NCBI GenBank assembly: GCA_964187785.1
Contig: OZ076409.1
Span: 64,916,001 to 64,980,000, forward strand
Reading direction: 5' to 3'
Origin: Amphiscolops sp. MND2022
Lineage: Eukaryota
DNA: 64,000 nucleotides
Position numbers and translations under genes: made by a program. Positions 47,935-62,888 of the stretch are shown here, piece by piece. Position 1 is the first letter of the stretch. Each line of letters starts with the position of its first letter. The notes beneath the pieces were generated by a model. The model made no database searches, was not told the DNA's origin, and worked only from the letters and a program-made list of their open reading frames with translations.

Positions 47935-49700
47935 AACAGCGTGACGTGTGAAGCGACCAGCACTCTTGCAGCAAATAAGACTTTGTCAACCGTTTAGTTC
48001 AACTCTTTTACCACCGGGGCACGTACGCGCAACACAGATTTTAGCTCCGAGACGTAAAAATTGGGAATCTGAAGCTGCTGATCATCAAGTTTCATGCCTA
48101 GGTTCTTGCAAGGAACAACATTCCACAACTGAGACCCGAGTTTGCCTTGATGAGCGTTAAAAACTATCGAACGTTTCTCATCCATTCTAGATATTAAATC
48201 TTGGGCAGTTTTGACGTAAACCAGCTGGGTCCAAATTTTCTGGGTTCCATCGATAGGACTTTCCTTGTCATTTATCAAACTCAGCAATTTCTCAAGGCCT
48301 TCTGTGAACAAAACACCATCTAAGGTGTCCCGGAAGAAAGTCACTCGCAACAAATGCTGAAACTAAGGAGGCGGGAAGCGCTAATAATGATGAGGGTTAA
48401 ACCGGAGACTACCCTTTCCAGCGCGCAGAGCCAGCTGAGTATTCGAAATATCGTCGAAGTTCAAGTAACACAATTTGGAAAGCCCGTCGCATACGGTGTT
48501 GTCCTACTTTTTCCAAGAGAGATGATGATTAAAACATGTACTGGTTCTCAAGACGTACAACAACTTTGACATACACACTTCATAGAATTTGATAACTGAA
48601 TCACCGTAAAAAAGAACACTTAGCCGACTGTACGCCAAGTGTGAGTACTTAAAAACTTCAGGGTGTTTTTCAAACGTTTTCTCCAGCATGATTTGTTGGT
48701 TTATCGAATTGAAAGCGTTGTCAAAGTCATATTTCAACGTTGTGTTTTCTTTTGTCCTGGGGTTTCTATCAAACAAAGGAAAATATATGAGACCAATTCA
48801 GGGCCTTTTTTGGTGCCTACGCCTACTTGTTGACTTCCGTATCCTGCTTGACGTGATACGAAGACCTTGTATCCGGAACATTTAGCAGAAACCCGGCGGA
48901 ACGTTTTGCCTACAGCGATAGGAAGTAGTCCTCTATCATGCAATTTGAGCGCCAAAACTGTCGCACCAAAGAAGTACGGTCGATGTTCAAAAAAAACGGT
49001 CGATGTTTTCTCCTGAGAATCATATTCACAAGCTTTGTGAAAGCTCTGTGAAAAATCAGTCCAGCATACCCGTTCGACTTGGTAGTCAAATCTTTCAAAA
49101 CTTGGAGCGAAATGCTATGCCATATAAACCTGCACTAGAGCTGTTGGGGAAGGACATGAGAGCTTTTTGGACAAAGAACGCCGAGGTTGAAAAAAATTGA
49201 CATCTGTGGGTTTGAAACAGAGCAAAATTCCCTCTGTGGATGATTCAGATTGAGGGCCGCATAGTTGTCGACCGTGAAATCTGCAATCTTGCTGTCGCCT
49301 ACTACCAGTCTTATTCCGGCCTTAACATTAACTTCGTCTAATTTAGTGCAAATGGATCGCATGTTTGACGGGTTTCACAAATAACATTTTTTGGCTATCA
49401 AGTTTTCAGTTAGGGTGATCCGTGAATTTTCAGGCTGTTTTCAAGTGAACAACCCTTGAATTTAAAAAATGTGTCTGGTATAAAGTTATCATCGAGGCAT
49501 TGAGACATAGTGTTCAATAAAGAACACCTACAACATTTAAATTGGGCCTTTGTTCTTGATAATGTGTCGCACTTTATATAAATCCATCCATTGCAAAGCC
49601 TACAACTTACCCAATCTATCAACCCTGAGGGCTTCAGACACTTCGTAGCGTTGCAGGTTTCGTTGATGTTCATCAAAACTCAACCTCATAACATAACCAA
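47935..49700 (-). pseudogene. Second CRE-like non-LTR copy, degenerate, retaining an N-terminal PHD-like finger
   Basis: Collinear with 35340-37134 (GLLPIAVGKTFRR, YDFDNAFNSIN, NVVPCKNLGMKLDD). ORF 49410-49676 has C..C..DWVSC..C.GW...C..FKC..C. Confidence 0.8.
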
Positions 49701-50352
49701 TTTCAGGAATACCTTATTTGAGAGTGCCAATCTCCTCAAAAAAACAACCACCACAGTGAAGCACTCAGTATATGAAACAAAACTTGAGTTGATAAAATGA
49801 AGTATAAATGGAATTATCCCACCCAGTTTTGATAGTTCTTTCAGCCCAAGTGCAGCGACAAACCAACACACCCGCGTCAGAGATGTTGTCCAGGTGTCTC
49901 ATGTCTCAAACTCAAATGATTGCTATCTCTGAAGTAAATTAACAAAGTTATCAAATCAGGTTGTGGAGATGGACTTTACAAGCAAAAAAGACCAAGAAAG
50001 AACCTTGTCTGGAAGCCTATTCCTGAATAATCAAATCTTCTGAGCTCAATATTACAACGAAGAAAACTTCCCAACCATTTGGTCTTATAACTACCACGTT
50101 TTTGTGCATGTAACCAAAACTTGCAAAACCCTCCTAAGCCGATGACTGTTGGGAGAGATATTGAACGAAATGTGCGAATTTCCAGTTAAACCATCCTGTT
50201 GATGACCAAATTTGTGAAACCTATCCTAACTATGCGTCCAAAGCTTACAAACAACGTAATAAACTAATCCCAAGTTTCCTACGAATGATGATTGACTCAG
50301 TAACGTGGAACGACCAGGTAAAAAAATCTTTCAATCATGCAGCTAAAATCTT

Positions 50353-52300
50353 TTGGATCGTCAAACGCGAAACAAATGGTCATTGAAAAATACATCGAAT
50401 ATGTCGAAACTCGACTTTATATTACAAAATGGGACCAAACAAACGAGACCGATTTTCAAAAACTATAGGCTTTTTCTCATCATCAGCAGGCACATCATGG
50501 CGATGTTCACCTTTCTCGCTCTAAAGACAAAAGGTGATGCGAATTTCGGAACTTCCAGAGAGAAATCTTTGGCTGAATCCGGTGTGCAGTGTCACAAATC
50601 CTTCATTCTATCCACTGCAGACATTTCTCCAAATGCGCAAGATGACATAAAAAACTTCATTGGTTCATTGGAAAATGCATGTTTTTGCCCAAAAAATAAC
50701 AAGATGGGAGTCATTTTCGTGAGAGATTTGAACAATAGAAGTCCTTCGTGGTTTGATACACGTTGCGATAAGAGTGGCCAATTGTTAGACCAGGCTTAAG
50801 GTGAACAGGCTTAAATCTTAACGATGGTGATTTGACATTTTAGTCAGTTAAAGGAACCTCCATCTTCGACTTATTCATCGTAACGGACAGTAAAACCAAT
50901 TAGAGTTTCTCTCTTTACAAGGACACAGAAGTCGCAACGCCGACTTGTACAGATGCCGTGAAACTTTGAAAAAGGAAGTCAGTAAATGGAGGGACCCATT
51001 CATTCCGGTATACAATAATCATGAAGAAGCCTGGTTGACAATCAGCATAACACTGGGGGAAGTAAATAAGTGTTGCATCTCAACCAGAATATGCCAAGTG
51101 TATAGAAAGAAAAATTTTTAATTTACTCTGATGCGTATGTTTGTAAATGAAGGTAAACAAAAGAGCATTCAAACAACTAAATATACACACAACACCAAAA
51201 GTGACTAAAGGTAATCCTAAACGGGAGAGGACCCTCCAAACACAGGGACGTCAGCAAAAGACAACGTCTGAGGAATTAATTTCAATAAAGACTACCAGAG
51301 TTTCAGGAAAAGTGTTATAAGTTTTTCTCTAACTTCTCAAACTTCTCTCACCAAATACGAAACTTGATACAATTCTGACGTTACTCTAAAAAAAATTAGG
51401 GGATATCCTTTGAACTCTGAAAACATCGGATGACGATCGGGTTGCACAACGACGACATACACCAGGATAAATATCTCAAGACCGCGCTCGGCATTTTGTC
51501 TACTCCACATTAACAACCATATCGGTTGTTCAGTCCCTATCGTCCATATCGGAGTTCAGTCATGTTATTGTACAGACTGAAAAAAAATACCGAACAAGTG
51601 CTATACAGATGCTGTGAAAAGGTCCAACAAGTCAAATGAAGAAGAGAAGTGATATCCATAGGCTTCGAGAAAACCTTTCAATCCGGTGGGTTAATGGGCT
51701 GTTGAGAACGTTCCATCAGCTGGGTGTCAAAGGTAAACGCCTAAAATTGTTTGCGGACTTTCTCAAAAACTGACACTTGATCTACAAATTGAGAACGATA
51801 ACAGTGGATTTTCGTAACAATAAGGGACTGCCTCAGGGAAAGGCAGTATTCCTGCTCTACTGTTCAGTTTTTTAGTCTCGGACATGGTTAACAGGCTAAA
51901 TTGCCAGAAGTTCAAAATCACAGAATATGGTAACTGCCTGGTAATAGCAGCAAGTGAACAGCAACAAGTCTAGCTATAGACTGTCAAATCATCCATAACC
52001 AACTTGAAGTTCATTGTGGGAAGTGGCGTTTTGCAATGAGAGGTGAAAAGAATTCAATAATATACCTGAATTGGGAGACCTGACGTTCCCAATCTGATGT
52101 TTTGTAATTTCGCAAAACCGCCAGAAACAGCGAAAATTTAGTACTTATGAAAGACATCCAACTGGACTATATTGAGCACCTATATGAAGTGGAATGGAAG
52201 TTGCAAGCAAAAGGAAAAGGAAAAGTTTTCTAACGAGAAAATGTATGTATTTTCCATGCCTAAAAACTTCCCTTCTCGGTACTTTTAGCAATGAATAAAA
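50353..52300 (+). pseudogene. Highly decayed LINE with an AP-endonuclease and RT
   Basis: DLNNRSPSW..(GQLL) resembles the EEP motif GDFN..W near 50725. GLPQG RT motif near 51823. Otherwise riddled with stops. Confidence 0.5.
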
Positions 52301-55300
52301 TTCATGAAAATAGGTTCATTCTAACAAGACCTCTCATCTTCATGTGTTCTGAGTCTGATTAGAAACAGTCTGATAGGGTCAACAACTGCTTTTTTCCACG
52401 TATCTCAAGTTACTTCCTAAAATTTGACATCCTATTCACATGACTTAACTTTAGACCAGAATGAGTGCGGGCTCTGGCTATGAAAAAGGTGATAGTTTTG
52501 TGTTTTACAATTTGGACCTTCAAAGTACGAATTTCCGTTTCGGATGATTCAAAACAAACAAAAATTGCGTTTTATCCGAACTATTAACGTTTTACCCGAC
52601 GTATATTGGATATTGCTAAAGCGACGTCGAAGTAAATGCTTCTTTCGAATTGTTCTTTATTTTTAAATAAAGTACTTTGTTTAGTTCAAATTATCCTGTT
52701 ATTTTCGTCGCAAAGTTCGGAGGCCTGAAGGTGTCTGTTTTTAGTCGGCGTTTCATTATATAAAACGCGACTAATATACTGGTTTTTCGCTGTGTTTCGT
52801 TCTTTTTCTAATCGGGTCAAAGTAACCATAAAAATTCTAAAAAAATTATAGAAACTTTCAAATTGATTGTTAGTGTCTACGCATTCATATTTTGAAATTT
52901 CCATTCGTATTGAAAAGTAATCCGAGTGTTTATTTTGAACCTGTGCGACTTTTTGCCGAAAATTGCTCGGTTATCCGAAATTCCTCTGTTATCTTTTCTT
53001 GTTTCAGACCGAAATTTGCCTATTATGCCTCAAGTGTTTCTCTTTCAACTCACTATTGTTGGGCCTTGAGTAAGTCCTTCCTGCCTAACTCAGTGGACTA
53101 GTTAGTGGAAAAAACGCATTTTGTGGAAAAAAGCAACAAAAAAAGAGCAACGGTGAACGATCAGTCAGACCTTCAGCAAGTCACTTCGGAACCACAGCTT
53201 CAAGCCGACCATTTCTTAACCATTTGGCTTCAAAGATGCTACCATGGCTTCCTACGGAGAGATCCGAAAGGGCACCGACTTAAAAAAGCAGAACTGCTCA
53301 GCACAAGTGGGGAAACTAATTTTCATATATAGTAAGTTTCTGATTTCACAGAATAGTTATCGCTCTGGCTTCTTGATGTGTCTGATTGAAAAAGAAGCCG
53401 AATCGCTTTTGCTTTTTGCAGTTTTTTATTTGAAAAAAAACTTTATTAGGCCGAATGAGACAATTCCTGTTTTTCAACACTGTGAGATTGAGAATTATTA
53501 GTCAAAAGAATCCTCGACGCTCGGAAGTACTTGTGCTTTTTGGAGTTTTAGAGCGATGCGCTGACTTGGACAGTTCCCGGCTTGTTTTTCTAAAGATGGC
53601 TCAAATGACTATACAAAAAAGTCGCCAATGCAACAACTGACTTTCTTGTTGCACTGGTAGTTCGCGCGTATTGTTCAGAAATTGATGTTTTTAAGTTAAA
53701 TAGTTCAATGTTCATCTAGACTAGAGTTGCTTCAAATATTTTGTCAAAAGTTGAAGAACCACCATTGAAAAGCTTTAGTTTGTCCGATAGCTGCTGTTGT
53801 TGAATCATTTTCTGTTGTTTTTGAAATGAATTTGATTTGAGTTTGAATTTGAATTTACCTGCTATCCAATGAAACGAAACGCAAGCCAATACACATTCTT
53901 TACAATCATCAAATAACAAAACAGACTTACATAACAGAAAGCATAACGTCAAAACAAAAATATGAGGAACAACACTTTTTTTCGTTTTTATTATTTTTTA
54001 AGAATTAGGTAAAATAGGTTAGGAACCGATTGATACTTTGGACTTCGTTCTTTTTTCAACTTGAGGGACACAGCTGCCTCATGTGGTGAACCTAGTGTCC
54101 ACTGGGAACATCCAGAGAAAACCATGCAATCCAAGAGTACACACAATAACTTCTTCGCTTATGGTTCCTAGAATGGAAAACCCTGCCTGCACCGCATAAA
54201 GCAGGCTTTACCCAATGCGATGATTACTTTCGTGTACTTTTTACAAAGGATAAAGTTACTCAGAAAAATGTGACGGTAGTGTCTTACCACTTCATCACTT
54301 AGCTCTTATCAAGGTACAGTCTGGTAACATGGAAATGTTTACCAGCTCGTTATAAAGTTCAGGTACACATTTGCATATTGAATTATTGAGTTTTTTGTTT
54401 TTTCTCCCTTCAAATGGCTGATCTAAGTCCAAAGCCAACATCACTAAGTATGTGGTAGGAGTCTTTTGTATCAAGGACATCTTCAGATCTCACGTATCCA
54501 ATAATAGTGTTCAGGAGCTCATATACATTCGATTTGTAAATAGTTGGTAGTTCAATCTCAACCATGAATTGATGGACCCAGGCATAATTAGGAAAAATTC
54601 ATGTCGATCTGACTATTCGTTTTTGGATTTTCAGAACGGAATCAAGTTTCGAATATGACGTACATCCATATATAAGGACGCCAATTTATACAATAGGGTT
54701 TACAAGCGTTTTATTATGGGACAACAATTGAAATCTTGTTAAGAAAATTCTCGCTCTCAGAACAGTGTAAATGCAAAACAACATTTTCTTTTTTAACTCT
54801 AGCACAATTATCACTTTGATGAAAAATACTGGCCAACAGTTTTTTTACTTAAGGATTTTCGCCTCTTATTGAAGAATAAACGCTGGAATAGAATGCTCAT
54901 CCAGTGTAAAATGAACCGAAACTCCGAAAAAAGAACTGAAAACATTGCAGTGAGTTCCCATACCTCCCCAGTCGAGTTAAAGAATATAAAATTTGTTCAA
55001 TTCAAATTTGATAACCAGCAGAAAACGTTGCACTCCACAAAATTCATGTAGTCGTGTGCAACAACAGTGATGAAATCGTCGTTTCAACAGTGATGAAATC
55101 GAGACATCAAATTCAGAGCCGGCAAATGACCATGAAATATTCTAAATTATCAGAAATGACAACGGAATGAGAAAAATGGAAACGTGGCAAAATCTGGAAA
55201 GACAGGTGAAATGAAATCACGAACAGCTATATCAGACGCTGAAACGATATCTGTGAAAATCAGCACCTTCCGATACAATTAAAGACAATTGGAAAACGAA

Positions 55301-55905
55301 GGAAAAAACGTGTTAATTTGTCAACATGTCGACATTTTACTGTCAACTTACGACTTCCAACTTCCAACTTGTACTGGAACTGTGAGGCGAATCAAAAGGG
55401 TCAAAAACGTTCATTAGGTCTTCTAGAAACTCTAGAGTTTGTAATTTTATCGAACAAAAGAAGTAGATCATATACCGGAGTAGAGAAGTGATTCTACAAC
55501 TCTAGTTTGTTTGGTTTGTTCAGAGATATTTATCACTTGTGAATCGCTTTTCAAATTTTCCAGCTTTTTTGAAATATCGGTTTTAAAAAATAGCGAGTTG
55601 AACCAATATCCTGAAACATGCATGACTAACAAATTGTGGAGTCCCATTTAGAGCTAACTGCAATGATACGTATCATCGGAAACTTTTTCTGGACACAATT
55701 TTTCTTCTTCTGAAAATAAACTTGTACTTAGTTCCCTGATGATTTTTATTGAAAAACGATGATTAAGTGCAGTTCATGAGCAAATTACTAGAAAAGCTTG
55801 TTTCTTCTCTTTCAAATAATTTAAAAACTTTGAATGCTTCGAGCCGACCACTGCTAAGCTACTTTGAAAGAACTTGTATTTCACAAGAATTTGATTCGTT
55901 GTTAA

Positions 55906-58010
55906 TGTTGTCATATTCGGTTTATTCCGGTTCCTGACCTCTACCGAGATTCGGTTCACCACAGTTCATATCAGTGAACTATAGATATTCTCTCAAATCT
56001 TTCTTTTACCTTAGTCTTTAGTTAGTGAGAATAGAACATGGCGCAGTCAGCCAAATTTTAAACAAAGTGAAACCTTCCCTATAAACTAGAACCATGGCAG
56101 AAAAAAATACAGTACCGAAACTAGAAGCAAGGACTTCGGACGGAAACGCGATATTCACACCAAGACAGTAGTTAAAACGATTTCGGCAGTTTACTAAACG
56201 GGAACATAAAATAGACATCGCACCACTATTAGAAGGAGAAGACGTCAGGGAAACCGGGTGAACCGAAAAAAACAACGCATTCAGGAAGATTTCACCTGGG
56301 GAGTGGGGCCCAAAGCTTTGTTCCAAATAACCTGTGCCGAGTACAAAACGGAACCGGACAATATTGAAATCAAAGACCTGATCCGGTTGTTCACCGAGTA
56401 CTTCTTACCGAAACGCAACACATACCATAACCATGGAGACTTCTTTTGGGCAAAACAACTGGAAGAAGAAACACCCGAAAAATTTGGGAGAAGATTAATC
56501 GAAATCGAAAAAAATGCATTTTCAGCACAATCTCAGCCGAAGAACTACTGATATCCAAATCTATGAAAGCAATCGCTGACAAAACAATAGTGATAATAGG
56601 ATGAAAGAAAAGACACTAGAACAAACTAAAAAGACGATTGATCTAATCGAACAAAACACCTATGAAAAGAAAAACACGAAAAACCCAAGAAAAAACACGA
56701 TACCAGAGTCAATAATTTTAGCAAAAGAAAGACACACAATTAAAGACGAGTCGAGACAAAAATTGGAAAGTTCGGAGCGAAACCAAAGAGCAGACCGACA
56801 CGAAAGAGACCATGTAGATTATGCGGGGCACCGAATTGGACACCATTACACAAGTGTCCATCAGTAGGAACAAATTGCAATAAATGTGAAAAAAAACACT
56901 ACGCAAAGGTGTGCAGACAAAAATATACCAACAACCGAGCAGTAAAAAGACTAACCAAAGAAGAAACCAAGGACCGAAGCGGAACATCAAGTGAATCAGA
57001 AGAAAGTATACACCACGGTAAAGAAATAAAGAAAACTGAAGAAAAGAGCAAACACTATACGGCAACAGTGAAAATAAATGTGACAAAGAAAGAATTCATA
57101 ATCGATACCGGATCACCAATAAGAGTAATGCCGCCGGACGGAAACATTAAAAGTAATCGGAATACAAAAAATCACAAACAGATACCAAGACGTGAATCAA
57201 AACGAAGTAAATTTCCGCTAAAAGATTCCGGTAGAAAAGGAATACGGGAATATTTTTCAAAAACTGGAAATTCAAATCACTGAAAGATCAGATATAGATA
57301 TAACACCTCTACTCGGGAAGTACTGGATGAAGAAATTAAAACTAACAATCGCCAGAAGACAATTGGACGAGAACAGCCAATTAGAACGCGGGTAAGTATT
57401 CAACAGACCGGTACCACTACACCTAGAAGAAGATGTCGGGCGGAAACTAGAAAAACTGATTTAGTTCGGACATTGTTTTGTATCACCAGTGGTAAATCCG
57501 TGAAAAGCGACAATTCGGTGAAGTTAGCATCAGACTCTCGGAAACTAAATGACAGCTGCATGAAAATGTGACCACATATGCCGAACATGGAGGAGCAATC
57601 AAACCAAGACGGAAAATATGCACCCATACGGACGAATCCGGAAGAGGATGCATTGCAAATCCACACCGACGGTTAGATTTTTGGTGCGAATTTAGAAACA
57701 AACATAAGACGATCAAACCGAAATCTTAAAAAACCGAATAGATTCGGCAGTATGCCATACACCGGAAACTTTTGGGGTTAGAAACATAGGGCTAAGTTTA
57801 TTTTGTCTATATTACGGGAAATCTGTGGACCAGATTGAAAGGAACGCCACAACCAAACGAAATACAAAAACCCTCAGACTTTTTGCCCGGCCACGCGACG
57901 CCACCCGGATCATTGAGTCGAAACTAAGAAGGAGGAAAAGAAAGAGGGTGAAACGACATATTCAGTTCATTCCGGTCCCTACTACAGAAATTCGGTTCAA
58001 CATCTGTCAA
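55906..58010 (+). mobile_element. Old, internally deleted Gypsy-2-family element
   Basis: LTR end ATAGAACA plus PBS TGGCGCAGTCAG at 56039. Gag (DLIRLF.EYFLPKRNTYHN), protease IDTGSP and the start of RT, then a jump to the 3' region, a PPT at about 57928 and a diverged LTR. Confidence 0.8.
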
Positions 58011-59292
58011 AACCGTCTACTCTACCTGATTGTTCAACATAAACAAAATCAGAAGTTGTATATCAAATACCTAATACTAGGGTAAGGAATCCTAATAATG
58101 GGGTTATATTTTAACAATCCTTGTGAATCGTATAATGTTTATTGATAACACGTATACAAAATCCTCCGTTTTCACCAAATATTAAAAATCCTTAAGTTCA
58201 ATGAATTTTTAAAACATAGAGATAGGTAATGTTTTTATACAAAAAATATGACATTAGTGACCAGTGAAATCTCTCTTATGAAGCATTTGAGTATTGTTAA
58301 TAAATTTTAGAGGCTCATGAAAGTTGTGTCTTGTAATGTTTTCGATAAACAAAACTCAATTACGTATTAAATTAGATACTTTATTATAGACAAATCGGTA
58401 TCTACGATACAGTCAGTCTGTAATAAAAAACGTCATGGAGCTGAACAGTTTTCTATCATTTTTTTCTCCAACTGATGCTAAGACAATCTTTTCTGCTATA
58501 TAGTCTATGCAATCAGCGCTGTTCGAAACTTTTTTGTATAACTATGCTAATTTCTTTTACAAGAATTTCATCGATAATCTGTTTCCAGTTGTAGAGAAAT
58601 ACAATAATATCTTGCCGAACTTCAGAGAATCTTTAAACACACGATCGGATCTCTAATTCTGTTACTGACGACAAATGCACCTCATTGCAATTTGTAGAAA
58701 AAAAATGAAAGGTTAGACAGCAATGAATGCAATGGCAAAATCGGAATTTTTGTTTTGTGTACACTAACTTCTATTAAACAGCCCTGTATTAGCCAGTAAA
58801 AAAGGGACTCGCTCCTTGTGCCTATTAGTTGAGATCTTTTGCTTCATGTAGTTTTCACGGAATTGAAATCAGCATCGTAAGCTAGCTGTCCACATACTTT
58901 GTAGTTTCCTTTTTATGAATGCAACTGTGTCTGATAGAATTATTTTTTCCTTTCATCTTGGATCTGTTAGTTTGAAATTGTATGCCAGAAATTTTGAATT
59001 AAAAACATTAAAACATTAGGAAACGAATGGTATTGAAAGCCAGAAAATTAATCTTAGAAAATTAAGTTTTCTTTTTTTAGATATTTTGGGGTTTGCGCGG
59101 TGTTTCTGTGTTCTTCAAACATGTGATGATATTTTTTCTGCTTGTTTTCATAAATAGCTCCATTAGCGAAATGTCTGATGTTTTGAATCTACACATAAGA
59201 TGCCTGGATAACAGGATATTCTTCGAATTGCGATTTCGACTGATATCACGGTGACGTCATCGTTGATTGGCAACGCCCCTTTTGCAAGGATT

Positions 59293-59545
59293 TCATTCAC
59301 GACTTCCAAGCTCCTCCATTTGCAGATCGTCCCTGGATCCGAAGCTGGCGTCACTTTTGTTTGACAGCCGATGTAATGAGTCATCACCCTCAGATTGTGC
59401 GAGATCACCGTCATTCTCGAAGGACAAAGTAGAAGTAGCAACCTGGAACTTTCCATGGAACAATTCATCGATATCCACCGATTTGCGATGCAGTTGATTC
59501 TCGTTCATGTAACGCGGCCGATCTACAATCTTACTGAACTGGTAC
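59293..59545 (-). CDS. Probable terminal coding exon (cytoplasmic tail) of the MFS transporter
   Basis: TTGTTGCAG acceptor. Its phase 2 matches the donor at 62888, giving ..HSKER-YQFSKIVDRPRYMNENQ..GSRE*. Confidence 0.5.
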
Positions 59546-60637
59546 CTGCAACAAAACGCCGAGACCTCATTTGAGTTTTTGTTCGTTCTGAATGGTAGTG
59601 AGGTTTTTTGAATTATTCTACAAGAAAAGTGTTTGTGATATAACTGGCAGCAATTTTGGATCTTATGATCGAGAGCCCGCTAGGGACCATGTGCTTAAGT
59701 AGATCGCACTTGGGGGGGGGGGTTTATGCGCTTCGTAATATAACACTAATAATTTGGGCCTTCCTTTAGTACCTGAATTAAAAACCTAATTTCATACCAT
59801 AAAGGAGGGAAAATTAAGCTTGATGATATTTAATGGCATCAAAAACATGATAATTATTAGTATCTCGTTTGTTTTTGACCTCGAACAGAGTCATATATTC
59901 ACTAAAAGTTGGTACCAAATAATGGTATAAGGTTTAATTCTTGTGTTATTTGAAATCTGGAATTCTTGCACAAAGACTTGGGGGTAGTTTTTTAAGATGT
60001 CCTATCTGGGGGCGTATTCTTTAATGGTGGTGGGTGTCTGGAGGGAGCATCTGTCGTACACAAGATCCGAAATGTTTATCAAGGTACAAAGTTTTTAAAA
60101 GTTAATCAAGAATTTTTTGGCTAATTGTTTTCAACTAAATAACTAGTGTACTAAAGACAAGAGTTTGATTTTCCAAAAATGATGGAGACTTATCAAATAG
60201 AAAGTAAGAAGATTTTAACTTGAGCTACTACTTTGTGGAATTCACTCGTCTGTTTTGATTAATTCGCACTTTTTAAAAATCATTAGAGAGTGCTCAGAAT
60301 AAGAAAGATTCCCATTGAATATTTTCTAGGATCCTACCGAAGTCAGGACACGATTGAGCATTTTGATAATGTCCATGGCAGTTTATTTCCATTTATTGCA
60401 TGAAAAATTCAATCATGAGCGTGGGTTCTCCTTACTTTTCCCCGTTCCTCACGAACATGAGGTAGGAAGTGGAATTCTTTCTCAGGTAGATCGTTTCCGA
60501 GAGTGCTCCACGTGGCACCATTTTGGAACTGTGACTCATCCGCTTCTTCTTCTCGTGGATCGACTTCTTTCTGCGAAAATGAGGAAACGAGTTTTCAACA
60601 ATCACGCCTCTCGATACCCGATTCACTGTAGTGTAGA

Positions 60638-61684
60638 CAGGCCCAATAGTTTTATGCTGCTCTATAAGCCATTTTCTGCGACTTTATAAAAAGAATTCTG
60701 CTAAATTCTGCACACCCTGGTTGGAACTGCTTGAACTTTTTACATGTTTTTGTAGGTTACCAAGCTAATTTTCCATGATTTTATAAAATTCTCAAAGAAA
60801 TGTCCATGCATTAAATCTTCACTGATGCAATTTAATTTTATCAAGCTGCCTATAAAATGCATCTTAAATTTGGCGGCAATACTGCGCCGCGATGTTTTGC
60901 AGGTTTCATAAAGACGCCGTTCTAATTTTGAAAGCAGCTGAGACTTTAATCAATTTTACCGCTTTCAATGCAAACAAATTTCAGTCACATTATAAGTTTC
61001 AAAGTAGCGTCATGTTGAACGTGCTATTTGGCTAACGGTGATTACATAAGGTACTTACATGAGAAACTTACGCGTGAAAACAAAGTGATCGCTGCGGAGA
61101 AGAAGTGGAATTGTTTTCAGTTTTAATTCAAATAGTAAAGGCTGCATTGTAATCCTACAAAATGTTTCCATGCACGGTCCCGGAATTTTCCATGTTTTAT
61201 AAAAAATTAGCCTGCATGTTTCCATGCAGCATGTAAAAAGTTCAAGCAATCTCGACTAGGGCAAGGAAAAAAGCTGCAATAGAAGGGATGGCACCTCCTT
61301 GCTTACAGTATTTTTTCACAATTTCATAATAACATTTAATTGAAGCCACAGGTTTCTCCTTTAATTTTGTGTTTCGCAGAATTAATATGGTCCCGAATAG
61401 CTGAGTTTTTAAAACTCGAAGAATGACAACAGAATGTACAGAATAATACGCCGTCCTGGACATATAAAATTGAAACAAGCTGGTAATTACCACATTTGCT
61501 AACATGGTTTTATACAATTATACAGTAATATAATGATTCATGAGTTTAAGATTTCGATATTCTGCTATATAACGTAAATTCTGCTAAATTCTGCTAAATT
61601 CTGCTTTATACTGTTTTCGGCTTTATACAGCATATTCTGCTGATTCTGCTTTATTCTGCGGCGAACAGAAAACTATTGGGCCTG
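60638..61684. mobile_element. hAT-like MITE in a transporter intron
   Basis: TIRs CAGGCCCAATAGTTTT / AAAACTATTGGGCCTG, 8-bp TSD AGTGTAG(A/G), and ATTCTGC subterminal repeats. Confidence 0.8.
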
Positions 61685-61959
61685 AGTGTAGGTTTTGCGT
61701 TACTACGCATGAAATTTATTATGTAACCGTTAATTATAACTCTTTTTTTGAAAAAGCCATTCCTCGTCTCTAAATCAAAGCCTCTTCGAGATACGATCTT
61801 CCCATAGCAAGCTATGGTCCTATATTTGCGACCAAGTGGTCAAGCAATGGCTTGAAGTTGTTGTTTCAAAGTGAATTGCTCAAGGTCACACGGATTCTGA
61901 CTGCTCTTCGTTAATCTTTTTAATTTGCTTTTCTCCGTCGAACGCGTTATTTTTTGTCA

Positions 61960-62078
61960 CTGACCACTCGGCTAAGCTAGGGACGAAGGACTGACTCAAG
62001 GTCCAACAATGGTGAGCTGACAGAGATTCGAACCTGATACCGCCCCAGTACAGGCCGTATACTCTAACCACTTCACCA
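61960..62078 (-). mobile_element. tRNA-derived SINE fragment (related piece at about 53040-53100, plus strand)
   Basis: GGTGAAGTGGTTAGAG...GGTTCGAATC followed by a CCTTGAGT.AGTCCTTC core-like motif. Confidence 0.55.
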
Positions 62079-62888
62079 TAATATAACTTTTTCTAGCTAA
62101 CTGGATAAAAATAGCAATGTGCTGATTAACGAACGAAGATCATTGTTATTTTTGAGATACTAGAAAGGTTATACCTGAAAGAACTCAGCAGCAAGGAAAT
62201 GATTATCGAGAAATTCGTGCGTTTTTCAAATCGGCTGAATGCGGTAATCTATGCTTTAAATGTTTTGAAGGATTTCGATTGTGTCAAAATGGATTTCCGT
62301 TCTATTTCATGATATTTTCAATCAATGCGGGCTGTTTTGGTACAGCTACTGCCAATTGCTAATGTACTAGGATCGTTAAGTACACCCAATGTCAGGGATT
62401 TTCCATCTGTGAACAACGCGTGCAAGCATACTAAAATACGAATGACAAAAGGGTCTTCAGCTTGTGGCACTGTTAGGCTGTTTTCACAATTTTGAAAACC
62501 TATGCAAAATGTTCTGCAATTTTATTCCTGGAATGGGGTGGATGTTTTTCAGTTTTAAGCAGAACAAATCTTTTCAGTTGAAAAGTAGCTTGAGAAATGT
62601 TTTCCTCCTATAGTTTAAATTGCAATACATTTGTTCATTGTATAGTACGATCGCAAAATGAGCAGTTTATTTGGCCGAGGTGATTTTCTGTACTTACAAC
62701 GAGTTTTCAGCAACAGAATTTTTGACAAGTTGTTTTTGGCGATTGGTTTTGGACGAGTTGTTTTTGACTACAATTCCTAAATTCTTGTAAAATATCCCGA
62801 TATCATCTTGAATTTTTCGCACTTCAGAAGCCAAATGTCTCGAATAGGCGAAGAGTAGATTTGTCACTTTCTGATTGGTTGGTTTTAC

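Noticed and set aside
55060..55101. 17-bp direct repeat CAACAGTGATGAAATCG
   Set aside because: Only two copies; a simple local duplication.
60436..60625. Additional internal exon of the MFS transporter
   Set aside because: It has AG/GT borders and joins the last exon in frame, but needs phase-1 entry while the upstream exon ends in phase 2, which gives a stop after 10 codons. Unresolved without RNA data.
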